From NCBI GenBank assembly GCA_963663805.2, contig CAXXMR010000015.1, forward strand, positions 96,001 to 160,000: a stretch of 64,000 nucleotides of DNA, in the 5' to 3' direction. Numbering within the stretch: position 1 is the stretch's first letter; every line of letters starts with the position of its first letter. Shown here one piece after another: positions 32,473 through 42,515 of the stretch. This stretch comes from Sedimentisphaerales bacterium. GTDB lineage: Bacteria > Planctomycetota > Phycisphaerae > Sedimentisphaerales > SM23-30. The notes beneath the pieces are model-generated. The model saw only the letters and a list, made by a program, of their open reading frames with translations. It did not search any database and was not told where the DNA came from. The position numbers and the translations under genes were made by a program.

Positions 32473-34407
32473 TTAATATCCATACTTAAACCAGTTATCA
32501 TAATAATAGTCAGATTTCCGCGTGGATGACGGAAGCGACAGAGACGGTCGAGTATATTCCCCCTTGGAACATTTCGACACACATTTTATTCCATCATAAA
32601 CAGATTTAACAATAAATGCTTTCCTTGTTGCATCACTTGCCAACGCTGCGGTAGCCTTTACTAAGGCGGCATCCGCTGCTTTCTTGGCAGCCGCTTCGAC
32701 GAGAAAGTCCCCTAAGCTTCCTATTACAATACACTCCGCTGTGCATAATATACAGCCAGCGGTTGCTTTTGCCTGTGCCTTTATTTCTTTTTCAAAATCC
32801 TCTTCGATATCATCCCACATAGCATAAGGAATACCGAAAACGTCATCACAAAAACCATCCCCCCAATTATAATCATTCCAATTGTAACTCCAAAATCCAG
32901 GGGCGTCTAGATAGTTGATCGGATTTTGTACACTATATGCATACAAATTCATTCCGTCAGCATAGTTTACAACTGAAGGCGGCATTGCCGAATAAACAAA
33001 ATCTGTAGCCAGTGACTTGTTTTTAGCGGCCTTGCGATATGCTTTCTTCATAATATCGGGAAAAATACTTTTGGCTACGAGTAAAGCTGCTAATTTGGCA
33101 CTTTTCTTATTAAGACCTTCAACCTTTCCTGGATTACCTACCCAGTCTCTGGTCAAAAACCTCCCGGTTTCGGTATCGTTTTTGTAGTACATTAATTTGA
33201 GGTTGCCATCTGCGAAGGTGTCTTGCCTCTGGCCGGTGAAGCCAATTTCGCAGAATGCCGTGCCGGTGGTTTGGCCGTAAGCTGAATACTCACGGCTTTC
33301 GTGAGTATCGCCGTTCTGGTTCAATATTGCTACTGGTGAATAGAGGTGGTCGTGGGCCAGGTAGAACGGGCTGCCGGAATAAATCTGCATACACACTTCG
33401 TCGAGGTAGTTGCCGTAGACATATTCTATGTTGTAGACTCCTCGTTCATGGCGAAGTGGTCGCCAGCCGTCATAATAGTAGTGGTGGGTAGTGCCGGACA
33501 TATACTCTTCAGTTTTTTCGACCCGGCGACCCAGGGCGTCGTAGGCGAATTTTGCAATGGCAATAGTAATCTGATTTTCACCTATGGTAAAGGTGGTATC
33601 AATGGCGGTCAGGCGATTTTCATAATCGTAGTGATAATTGTATGGAGGATTGCCTGGAAAACTACTGGAACGTCTGTGGTCTGAGGCAAGATTACCGGCA
33701 GCATCATGTGATACAGCGTTGCCGCCGATGCTGGTATATTCGTTGGCAATATTAGGTGAATACACAGTGTCAGTTCCATCGTTTTGGGTTAAGCGATTAC
33801 CCAAGGTGTCGTAAACGAAAGTTTCGTCCGTAAAAGTACTGGAACTATAATAATCAGACCCAGTCACCCGGTCAAGGGTGTCATAGGCATAAACATTCTC
33901 TAAACCTGCTCCACGATGCAGGAACTGTTTGGGGATGATATTGCTGTCGGCATCGTAGGTGTAGCCAAAGTTGACAATATCGCCGCCAGCATTGGCGGTA
34001 ACATGTGAGGTAATCCGCAGGCAATCATCATAAGCAGGCGTAAAAGTTGCACTTACAGCATCATAAACCCTTTGGGCAACCAGACTTCCGGCATAATCAT
34101 AGTCGATAAGCGTATTGGGGTCGTCGGATATTGTGTTAATCTTACCCAATGAGGTGTATGTGTATGCCAGCGTCCTGTTGGGTGTGCTGGAGTACGGATA
34201 TACTACCGAGGTGGCCTGCCCAACCTGATTGCGACCATATTCGACGGTGTAGGTTGTACCGCCGTAACCAATGGTTTGTTCAGATTTGGTCAGATATCCT
34301 AAGCCATCATAATAAAAATCATCCGCGACAATGACATTATTACCGTCAGTCTTATCAGCGGCAATCATCAGGCCACGGGTATCATAGTAGTAAAGTTCCG
34401 CCGGCAC
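32473..34407 (-). CDS. 5'-truncated Rhs protein (longest module, YD repeats + tip)
   Basis: Many YD repeats; core reads YYKN-DTETGRFLTRD (lacks RYY); NPINYLDAPG then an Ala-rich tip. Confidence 0.85.
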   Translation of the reverse strand: MPAELYYYDTRGLMIAADKTDGNNVIVADDFYYDGLGYLTKSEQTIGYGGTTYTVEYGRNQVGQATSVVYPYSSTPNRTLAYTYTSLGKINTISDDPNTLIDYDYAGSLVAQRVYDAVSATFTPAYDDCLRITSHVTANAGGDIVNFGYTYDADSNIIPKQFLHRGAGLENVYAYDTLDRVTGSDYYSSSTFTDETFVYDTLGNRLTQNDGTDTVYSPNIANEYTSIGGNAVSHDAAGNLASDHRRSSSFPGNPPYNYHYDYENRLTAIDTTFTIGENQITIAIAKFAYDALGRRVEKTEEYMSGTTHHYYYDGWRPLRHERGVYNIEYVYGNYLDEVCMQIYSGSPFYLAHDHLYSPVAILNQNGDTHESREYSAYGQTTGTAFCEIGFTGQRQDTFADGNLKLMYYKNDTETGRFLTRDWVGNPGKVEGLNKKSAKLAALLVAKSIFPDIMKKAYRKAAKNKSLATDFVYSAMPPSVVNYADGMNLYAYSVQNPINYLDAPGFWSYNWNDYNWGDGFCDDVFGIPYAMWDDIEEDFEKEIKAQAKATAGCILCTAECIVIGSLGDFLVEAAAKKAADAALVKATAALASDATRKAFIVKSVYDGIKCVSKCSKGEYTRPSLSLPSSTRKSDYYYDNWFKYGY

Positions 34408-34749
34408 AGGTGTGGGATTATTAGGATCACCAATAATAGAAATGATACCTCATACGATTCGCCTGCTCCTGCCAGCCGACAACGGAGGACCAAAACCTCC
34501 ATCACCTGTAAAACATGACAAGCGAAACTCCATATGCCGGGAGCATCACTCATCTTCGTGACACACGTTTTTGCTCAATACGCCATTCGAAAGCATTAAA
34601 TGTTTCAATTCAACCATTTTCTCGGATCGCCCCATTCCATTATAACATCCAACCGAAGTTTTCTTTCCTTCTCACAGCGAATCCGCAGCAGTTGTTCCGC
34701 AGGTCCTCCCCGTCGATGGAGATCATCTGAAATACGTTGGGCCTGTTTT

Positions 34750-35109
34750 TTATTCATCATTTTTTTGACCCCACGTCTGCCGATACTGCGGCTTGCGAAG
34801 AAGATCGTCGTATCCGCCATTCGGTTGCAATTCCAGGGCCAGCACCAGATACGGCCCGAACGGCTCGTGTTTGTTTCTGACCGTTTCGTAGTATTTCCGG
34901 GCCTCCTGTGGATTGTCGAACTGGGCCAGCACCGTGCAATCATCCGTTCCGCGTTGAAATTCCACAATGCAGTGTTTCTTTGTGGTTTCACCGCCGGAGG
35001 AGCCGGATTCATCTGGGGTGGAATGGTGGTATACCGCTAATTCCTCCTGAGTGTTAAATCTACCCAGCGTCTTGCCTTTTCCCTTGTTGAACTTTATAAC
35101 TCTATACAC
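34750..35109 (-). CDS. Hypothetical protein
   Basis: 119-aa ORF with an upstream AGG; no recognisable motif. Confidence 0.4.
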   Translation of the reverse strand: MYRVIKFNKGKGKTLGRFNTQEELAVYHHSTPDESGSSGGETTKKHCIVEFQRGTDDCTVLAQFDNPQEARKYYETVRNKHEPFGPYLVLALELQPNGGYDDLLRKPQYRQTWGQKNDE

Positions 35110-35303
35110 AGCGATATACCTTTCTGTTTATGTTGCGGAAAATCCATTTTCTTATCCACCCCTGGTTTTTGCGCCGACGCAGAGTTTTTTTGCTTGTCCC
35201 GCCCTTACCGCTCTGTAAAACGCAATCCTCCCCCATGAAATTTCTTGGTAGAAAACTCCAACTTAGCCTTATTATATCCGATTCATCCCAGCAAAGCAAT
35301 CTT

Positions 35304-36698
35304 TTAATGTTTCATTATATAATCATTGTGCCGATTACCATGCTGGAGTTTGAAGTCTGCATAGGCTTTGTTGTCCAGATGAATATTACTCCGGCAGGAA
35401 AGGTTACCCACCAGCGTGACCAGTGGTTTACGTCTGTGCCAGAAATTTCTGGCCATCCGGTAAAGAATTTTCGGCAGAGAATAGAACGCCCGGTGGCAGA
35501 GGTTCATTTCCTGGATGATGCCGTCCAGGGAAAAATTTTTGTATGAGGCCGCCGGGAAGGTCAGAGTGTAATAGTTCCAGTCTTTGGGATAGGACTGGAG
35601 CGTAATTCGGTCCTGCTCTTTCATCTGGTCCCACAGGCGGGTTCCAGGCAAAGGCGTCAGAAAGAGCACGTTAAGAAGATCGACGCCGTACCGACTGGAC
35701 GTCTCAGCAATATTCTTGCCAACCCCCGGCTGATCGATGTCCAGACCGATGATAAATGAACCCATGACGAGAATGCGGTGTCGCTGAATTCGCTTTACAG
35801 AACTGCAAAAATCACGGTTTTTGAGTATGTTGAATTTCTTGCCAATCTCGTGCAGCCCTTCGAGCGTGGGGGATTCAAAACCAATGAAAACGCCGGTGCA
35901 TCCAGCTTGAGCAGCCAGGCTGAGCAGTTCTTCATCATCGGCAAAATTAATGGTGGCCTGAGCAATCCATTGTTTCCCCAGTTTAGCCTCAGCCAACGCG
36001 CGGAACAGGTTCTTGGCCCGGGCGATGTGCTCCGGGCGGGTACCAATGAGATTATCATCGACGACCAGGACACGTTTTTCCGTTATTTGTTTAAACTCGC
36101 GCACGACATCCGCGATAGGCCGCTGCCGGTAGCGTGCTCCGTTGAACGCCGTCACGCTGCAAAACGTGCAGTTGAGCGGGCAGCCACGCGTGGTTTGGAT
36201 AGCTCCGAAAGCATATCCCGAAGGCAGTAAATCATGTCGGGCAGCCGGAACATCATTAATCGCGGCAAACCCACCGTCATATTGGCGTTTCAGGTCGCCG
36301 TTGCGGGCGTCCTGCAGAACCTGGGGCCAGATACTTTCCGCTTCCCCCGTTACCACCGAGTCCACATTCGCCAACGCTTCATCCAGGCACATCGTGGCGT
36401 GGATACCGCCCATGATAACCGGAACGCCGAGTTGGCGGAAAATGGCCGACACCTCATAGGCGCGGTTCGCCTGCGAGGTAAACGCGGTAATCCCCACCAG
36501 GTCAGGCCGCGGCAGGGCTGCGTAATCCGGGCAGCCACGATTTTCGTCCAGAATCGTAATGTCCCATTCCGCTCCGGTCAGGCTGGCCAGAACCATTAGA
36601 CTTAGCGGCTTCCAGATTCGAAAGCGGTTCCAGCGGCTTTCCTTAACGTTGATGAGACTTACAAGCGGGTTGGCGGGGTTGATCAAATAGATTCGCAA
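35304..36698 (-). CDS. B12-binding-domain radical SAM protein
   Basis: PVIMGGIHAT cobalamin-binding segment; TRGCPLNCTFC (CxxxCxxC); GFES; LTPLPGT. Confidence 0.92.
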   Translation of the reverse strand: MRIYLINPANPLVSLINVKESRWNRFRIWKPLSLMVLASLTGAEWDITILDENRGCPDYAALPRPDLVGITAFTSQANRAYEVSAIFRQLGVPVIMGGIHATMCLDEALANVDSVVTGEAESIWPQVLQDARNGDLKRQYDGGFAAINDVPAARHDLLPSGYAFGAIQTTRGCPLNCTFCSVTAFNGARYRQRPIADVVREFKQITEKRVLVVDDNLIGTRPEHIARAKNLFRALAEAKLGKQWIAQATINFADDEELLSLAAQAGCTGVFIGFESPTLEGLHEIGKKFNILKNRDFCSSVKRIQRHRILVMGSFIIGLDIDQPGVGKNIAETSSRYGVDLLNVLFLTPLPGTRLWDQMKEQDRITLQSYPKDWNYYTLTFPAASYKNFSLDGIIQEMNLCHRAFYSLPKILYRMARNFWHRRKPLVTLVGNLSCRSNIHLDNKAYADFKLQHGNRHNDYIMKH

Positions 36699-37041
36699 GG
36701 GGGCCGGTGATTGATTAATAAGAAGTTGCCTTTAGTTTTTTTAGTGTATATTTCATTTTCTGCCGGAGTCCCACAGGAGGCATGACTGTTTACCAAGTAT
36801 GATGTAATGACAAAATTAGGAAAAATTATTCTATCTCACATAAAACCAGAATTCAAGTTGGCCTTGGACTCACTAAGCATACTATTATAGGCTGGCTTAA
36901 TTGAAATTGCCATAAAGAAAAGAAGGTTATCATCAGAAATAGTTGGTAAGAATAACGTATAATGTCATTTAACTCTGTTAGATTTAACGCTTTAAGGCCC
37001 CAACATTTATAGGTATAATGCCATAAATGTCGGGGAGGATA

Positions 37042-37159
37042 GACCCGATACAAGAAATAATGGCACGGCCGCTCACCGCCGCGCTCGACTGGCGTAAACA
37101 GCGGCGGTTGTGGCGGGAGTTGGTGGGGGAGCGGAGTGATTGTGAGGATGTGGCGTGAG
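37042..37159 (+). repeat. Degenerate copy of the 3' end of the 14960-15382 gene
   Basis: Translates DPIQEIMARPLTAALDWRKQRRLWRE...VA* versus DPIREIMVRPLTAVLDWRKQRRLWRE...VA*. Confidence 0.85.
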
Positions 37160-37239
37160 CACTAAAAGGTTAAATTGGTAACATCAGACGAACTGAGTAA
37201 ATTCTCAGAAATTGAATTACCATCCGTAATTCTCAAATT

Positions 37240-38583
37240 TCAATACCCAAGCCAATGCGACAGAAATAACGCTAAGTCAAACATATCAACACGGGGTTCC
37301 ATAGGACCGGGAGCCGAGTCAACAATATCTGCGGCCAGGCCTTCTTCAGTACTTAACCATTGCTGACTCATTATAGTAAAATCAGACATATTTACCCGCA
37401 TGTCATTATTAAAATCTCCTACAAGGGTATTAATCAATATCGCGGGGTCACCAAAAAGATGAAATTGCCATGCAGACCTAGTTCTTTCCAGTTCAGTAAC
37501 AACCGGATAGTATTTGTTGACGGTATCCGGATTTGTTGTATTATTAAACGCGCGAATTAGTACATCTCCTAATCTGTTCTTAACCTCATTATTGAATAAT
37601 CCGTTAACCAGGCCTTCCAACAGAGGATTCATCCCGCGACCGGAAACATTATAAGCCCCGAAAAATGCAACCGCACCATGTTCAGAAGCCACTATCTTTT
37701 TAGCAAAGCAATCGTTGATGTTCCCATTTGCTTCACCGCTGAAAGTGCCGGTTGAACAGGAGAATGAAAATATAAATGGATAGATATCGTTGTCTAACTG
37801 AGGCAATCCTCCTACTCCTAAACCAAACGTCCATTTATGGATTAGTCCATGCCCATGGTAAATCATATATTTTATGCCGCTGTTTATCATCCCTATATCA
37901 GTCCAAACATCGTTAGGAGTTTCATCTAAAGCGGTCGCCAGGGTAAAATTATAACCTTCATGTTGAAAATACTTATCATTCATCTCCGTTAAAATTTCCT
38001 CGTTAAATTCCACGGGCCACGGCCAGACTGGTTCATTACTACCGGCATGGGCATAATATTCCTTGGGATAAGAGGAAATATGATTTTCAGTATGAATGGT
38101 TTTGTTGACTATATTGCTGAGTTCCGTTTCGCTCTCAACCAGGAACAGGCCCAGAGGAATATCTGGATTTGGATGACCGGTCAGAGACGAAGCCACATAA
38201 TAATTGTATGATTCAATTGTCTTGGTGGGATATTGGATGATATGTACAGGAAAATCCCCATAATCGCCCACCAGCAATACATAGGCAGGCATTAGATTTC
38301 TGACATAATTCCTGAATTCATCTGCCGTTGTACCGATGACTGAACCGGCAACCACCTGTACCCTGAAATCCTCGTTTCTAAAAGAAACAAATGAGCTTAA
38401 TGAAGGGCTCGATTGATATTGATCTGCCACGATTATCAGATAGACTTCCTTTTCGAAGGCCTTCCCATTCAAATCCTGAGCAAAAAGTATGGCCGCAGTG
38501 AATATTGGGATAAGTAAAATATATTTCAACTGGGATTTCCCAAATACATAGTGATAAAACATGGTTCTACACAAAAAACACAT
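37240..38583 (-). CDS. Secreted C25 (gingipain-like) cysteine peptidase with C-terminal dockerin-like domain
   Basis: YVLLVGD, YHGHG (His), SFSCSTG (Cys), GAVAFFG, LFGDP; C-terminal GDFNNDMRVNMSDF...W...D..VDMFDL. Confidence 0.85.
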   Translation of the reverse strand: MCFLCRTMFYHYVFGKSQLKYILLIPIFTAAILFAQDLNGKAFEKEVYLIIVADQYQSSPSLSSFVSFRNEDFRVQVVAGSVIGTTADEFRNYVRNLMPAYVLLVGDYGDFPVHIIQYPTKTIESYNYYVASSLTGHPNPDIPLGLFLVESETELSNIVNKTIHTENHISSYPKEYYAHAGSNEPVWPWPVEFNEEILTEMNDKYFQHEGYNFTLATALDETPNDVWTDIGMINSGIKYMIYHGHGLIHKWTFGLGVGGLPQLDNDIYPFIFSFSCSTGTFSGEANGNINDCFAKKIVASEHGAVAFFGAYNVSGRGMNPLLEGLVNGLFNNEVKNRLGDVLIRAFNNTTNPDTVNKYYPVVTELERTRSAWQFHLFGDPAILINTLVGDFNNDMRVNMSDFTIMSQQWLSTEEGLAADIVDSAPGPMEPRVDMFDLALFLSHWLGY

Positions 38584-38824
38584 ATAATCCCCATACAGGG
38601 TCTTAATAAACAGTTATGAGGTGCTGACTTTATACAGACCTCCAGCAACTTGCAAATATCTATTCCGAATAACGGCTATTTCATGGTTTTATTGCTCAAC
38701 CAGATTGCACAGGGATATATTTTGTAAAAGGTCTTGGCAAAGGTCTCATTTGTTTTGATTCAATACAGTTCCCAACAACAAACTTCTTCTGTAAATCTAT
38801 AATTGACAATCCCTTAAGTGCATT

Positions 38825-38910
38825 TACCTCCACTCTCGACTGGCGCAAACAGCGGCGGTTGTGGCGGGAGTTGGTGGGGGAACGGGGGGATTGTGAGGAT
38901 GTGGCGTGAG
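38825..38910 (+). repeat. Third copy of the 3' end of the 14960-15382 gene
   Basis: CTCGACTGGCGCAAACAGCGGCGGTTGTGGCGGGAG...GATGTGGCGTGAG. Confidence 0.85.
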
Positions 38911-39095
38911 GTAGTGGGTTGTTCGATACAAATCATTGGGGATATACAAAACCGGCGAAGAGAAATACTGCGTTTCTCTATCGCTGGCCTTGTCTGATTT
39001 AATTGATCACTATTATGCTCTGCGTTTACGAAGCGTAGCTAAACCTCCAAGAGTCAATATTACTAAACTCCTGTTTAGAAATTTTCAATGAAATC

Positions 39096-42000
39096 TTATG
39101 GTTGGGTCAGGTCGGCCATCCAGAACTCAGCCAGGACTGCCAGATCAAGCAGGTTCACAATTCCGTCGCCATCCGGAGGAGCAATATCGGCGCTCAAATA
39201 CCCAGTAGAGCTTAACCACTGTGTGGATAAAAGATGTAAATCCAATAAGTCAACAACGCCGTCAACCACCAAATCGTAAGCAGGGTAGTTTTGCAGCAGC
39301 AGGGTCTGAACATTGTTCAACGTTGATACCTCACTAAGGGTATTGTCACCGTCGAGCAACAGGGTAACCTGATTCCAACCATAGGCAAGTTCGTCTTTTA
39401 AGGCCGCAAGAGTTACGGTATGTGTTGCGCCCGGTTCTAAATCTGCGACTGTCTGGATATCATAAGCAAGACACGGATCGCTGGTGCTAAATAAACCGAG
39501 TTCAACGCCTGCTGCTGCCGGAATAAAACCGACGTTAATTACATCAGCGGTAATATAAAAATCACCTTGGCTATCGCGAGCGATGATTACATTCTCAATA
39601 GCCAAGTCTGCACCGAATAGGCTAACCGAAGCTGAATTATTCTGACGATTCTTATCTTCAATTTGAAGTTCGGGATCGACAACGACAATAATATTCACTG
39701 GATCGTCACTTACCGGAATCGTCCAGGTTACCGAAACTATCGCGTCCGCTCCGGCAGGCAAATCACCGCTGATACTTTGCGTCTGACCGATCTGGTTTGC
39801 CGGTTCAGCGGTATCACCACAATAAAACGCAACCGGAATATCACTGATCGCTATATCACCGGCATTAATAATTACTGCCTGCAATGTGACCGTATCGCCT
39901 GGAACGGCATTGGCGTCATCAATCGCAATACTGTCTGCAACAACAGCAAGGTCGACACCAATCATGTATTCATAAACACAAAGGTCCACTTGGCCAAACA
40001 CATCAAGCCCATCACCTTCAGATACATGCACTTTATTATATGCCAATTCGAGCTTGTCCCCTGATGAATAGGCCGCGGTTATCGACCGTTCCATGTCTCG
40101 GCCGTCGGTCATCTGCACCACTTGTGACCAGGCTAGCATGGCCGGGTCATAGGTCGCGGTATAAATGTCTGAACCGGCATCTGATGGGTCGTTCCATATT
40201 ACAGAGATATTGTCGGTTGGACTGGCTGCCGCCACAAAACCACGCTGCCCGGAAGAGCCCTCCTGTGGAACAACCTCAGCCATATCGGTCATGCCGGTAA
40301 TATCCGTGACGCTGACGATCTGACCGTTTTTGGCCCAAAGAAGCATTAAACCGCCAGAGGTCCTGACCAACTGAGGATTGACATCTACGTCATCGTCATC
40401 AGTCAGTTGTACAGGTACAGACCAGTTTCCACCGGCATTATCCACATAGAACAGCTCATTATCTGCATCGGTTTCCAAATCACTATCGGTATCCAGGCAA
40501 TATACAATATGATCAGCTATGCTGTCATTTGCGACCGTTACATATTTAACAATCCCCGAAACCGTCGCCAGTGTTTGCATCGCCTGCCAGCCGGTACCGG
40601 TTTTTGTTCGGGCTAGAACCGCATTGGTCACAGGCGGGGTTTCCGCCAAAACATCACTGTCAGCATCGTAAGTCCAGATAACGGTAAGGTTGCCACTGCC
40701 GTCGCTGGAAATCTTGGGGCTATAATCGCCCCCCGTACTAGACGCCACGCTTTCCGATGTCCATGTATCCGCGACATCATTATAAACAGCTATCTGAATA
40801 TCCAGCTTATCCATAAAGTCACTTAATGAAGTGCCATCAGGTATCAACTGTGAGGCATTCGCCCAAACACATACGAAGTTGCCGTCCGCATCCACCCCGA
40901 GCGAGGGAGTCGCATCGGCGGTTCCATCGTCATCCACTGCTGCTGGAACTGACCATCCACTGCCGTCATTTATACTATATACCAACATCGTTCGATCAAG
41001 ACTATTGCGGCTGGGTTCATCGTAAAGCCAGACCAGACACATCGCATCATCTGATACCGCCAAAACCGCGTTGGATTGACCAAAAATATTGGTCTGCAAA
41101 GCGGTTTCTATTCCACCGGTACCCATCGGCTGAAGATTCATTAAGTTGAGCATTCCGGCACCGCTTTGCCAGTGAGCATAATCGGTTATAAGATAATCGC
41201 GCTCCATCGGCTCAAAATTTTCAACCGCGAAGGCTTTCATGCCCATTGCCATAGCGTCCTGTTCTTCCGGCCAGCGATATGAAAGAAAATTATTTTCATA
41301 TTTGTAGAAAAGTAAATATATTCGAATGCCTCCATCAAGCGATAAATACCAATCTCTCAAATATGGCTGCTGAGGTACTTGGAAATCAAAGTTCAGACCT
41401 CCTCGAAGATACCCTTCCGCGGCGACTAAATCAGCAACGCCCACGCCGGCCATACCCTCTACACCTGCCCCAATTGGAATATCACCAGAGAAAATTGGAT
41501 TATTGGCCATCCCATCCGTAAAGCGACAATTCGCCGAAACGCTTGCATCTACCGCGAATCGGTAATAGGTCGGAACGGGTACCGGCCCGACCATAAATAC
41601 CACATACGAGGGGGGCGACTGGTGCCGTCCCATAACATTTAATGCGAAATTACCCCCAAAACTCCATTGATTGCTTATATAATCAAACGTCAAAAGAACA
41701 TCCAGGTTATAGTCAAATTTTATTTTGGCTAATTTGAAATCGCCTGAAATATCATAACGATTGCCAGGCATGACCTTTGCATGCCCGTTTAAATCTATTT
41801 CTGCGGTTACATCTATAATACTTTCCCAATCAACTTGAGCTATTTCCATAAGCGCATTGTTTTCTTGTGAGCCAGGAGCATCTTTTGTCAGTAACGGCAA
41901 ATAAATAGTAAATGGAGAAGATTTATATTTACCTGACTGAAAAGATAACATTCCAGTGGCCAATCCCGGTGGCGGAGAAACCACATTAAAATTAGCCATA

Positions 42001-42473
42001 TATTTGCTTGAGGTCGTCGCATCTGACGCCACCGCCTGAACATAGAGCCTGTCCCCAGCACTAAAAGCAGTTCCCGCGTTGAACGTTCGGCTCACCGAAG
42101 TGCCGCTGACTGTATCGGTGGCGATGACAGCATTATTCCGATACCATCGTACCTGGCTGGACGTCTTGCCGTTCCAGTCAATTGTAGCAGTAAACGTCTG
42201 ATTCAATGGAACCCCCGCCAAAAAATAAGCGTTCTGATTAGAACTGCTGTATTGGCTGGACAACGACACAATCAAAGGCGTATTGTCGGCTTCTCGATTG
42301 TCAATTGTAAGCCGATTCGAAATCCCATATCCCGTGCCAGCTTCTCGATTATCGAGAGTAAACCGATTCGAAATCCTAAACCCCGTCGCCCCCTGCAAGA
42401 CACCGGCAAAGACCAATATGACAGCCAATCCCATTATCAAGGCTGTTGTCCTAAACTTTTCTGCGTTTAACAT
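39096..42473 (-). CDS. Large secreted protein with beta-rich repeats, two CARDB-like domains and a dockerin-like C-terminus
   Basis: Signal peptide; tandem ISNR(F/L)T(L/I)DNRE motif; DLAV...PGDTVTLQAVIINAG...VVVDP..I.DKNRQNN (CARDB); DGVVDLLDL...DGIVNLLDL. Confidence 0.75.
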   Translation of the reverse strand: MLNAEKFRTTALIMGLAVILVFAGVLQGATGFRISNRFTLDNREAGTGYGISNRLTIDNREADNTPLIVSLSSQYSSSNQNAYFLAGVPLNQTFTATIDWNGKTSSQVRWYRNNAVIATDTVSGTSVSRTFNAGTAFSAGDRLYVQAVASDATTSSKYMANFNVVSPPPGLATGMLSFQSGKYKSSPFTIYLPLLTKDAPGSQENNALMEIAQVDWESIIDVTAEIDLNGHAKVMPGNRYDISGDFKLAKIKFDYNLDVLLTFDYISNQWSFGGNFALNVMGRHQSPPSYVVFMVGPVPVPTYYRFAVDASVSANCRFTDGMANNPIFSGDIPIGAGVEGMAGVGVADLVAAEGYLRGGLNFDFQVPQQPYLRDWYLSLDGGIRIYLLFYKYENNFLSYRWPEEQDAMAMGMKAFAVENFEPMERDYLITDYAHWQSGAGMLNLMNLQPMGTGGIETALQTNIFGQSNAVLAVSDDAMCLVWLYDEPSRNSLDRTMLVYSINDGSGWSVPAAVDDDGTADATPSLGVDADGNFVCVWANASQLIPDGTSLSDFMDKLDIQIAVYNDVADTWTSESVASSTGGDYSPKISSDGSGNLTVIWTYDADSDVLAETPPVTNAVLARTKTGTGWQAMQTLATVSGIVKYVTVANDSIADHIVYCLDTDSDLETDADNELFYVDNAGGNWSVPVQLTDDDDVDVNPQLVRTSGGLMLLWAKNGQIVSVTDITGMTDMAEVVPQEGSSGQRGFVAAASPTDNISVIWNDPSDAGSDIYTATYDPAMLAWSQVVQMTDGRDMERSITAAYSSGDKLELAYNKVHVSEGDGLDVFGQVDLCVYEYMIGVDLAVVADSIAIDDANAVPGDTVTLQAVIINAGDIAISDIPVAFYCGDTAEPANQIGQTQSISGDLPAGADAIVSVTWTIPVSDDPVNIIVVVDPELQIEDKNRQNNSASVSLFGADLAIENVIIARDSQGDFYITADVINVGFIPAAAGVELGLFSTSDPCLAYDIQTVADLEPGATHTVTLAALKDELAYGWNQVTLLLDGDNTLSEVSTLNNVQTLLLQNYPAYDLVVDGVVDLLDLHLLSTQWLSSTGYLSADIAPPDGDGIVNLLDLAVLAEFWMADLTQP

Positions 42474-42515
42474 CTTTGTTCTCCGGTAAAATAAAAATTT
42501 TATCGTTGTTATATT

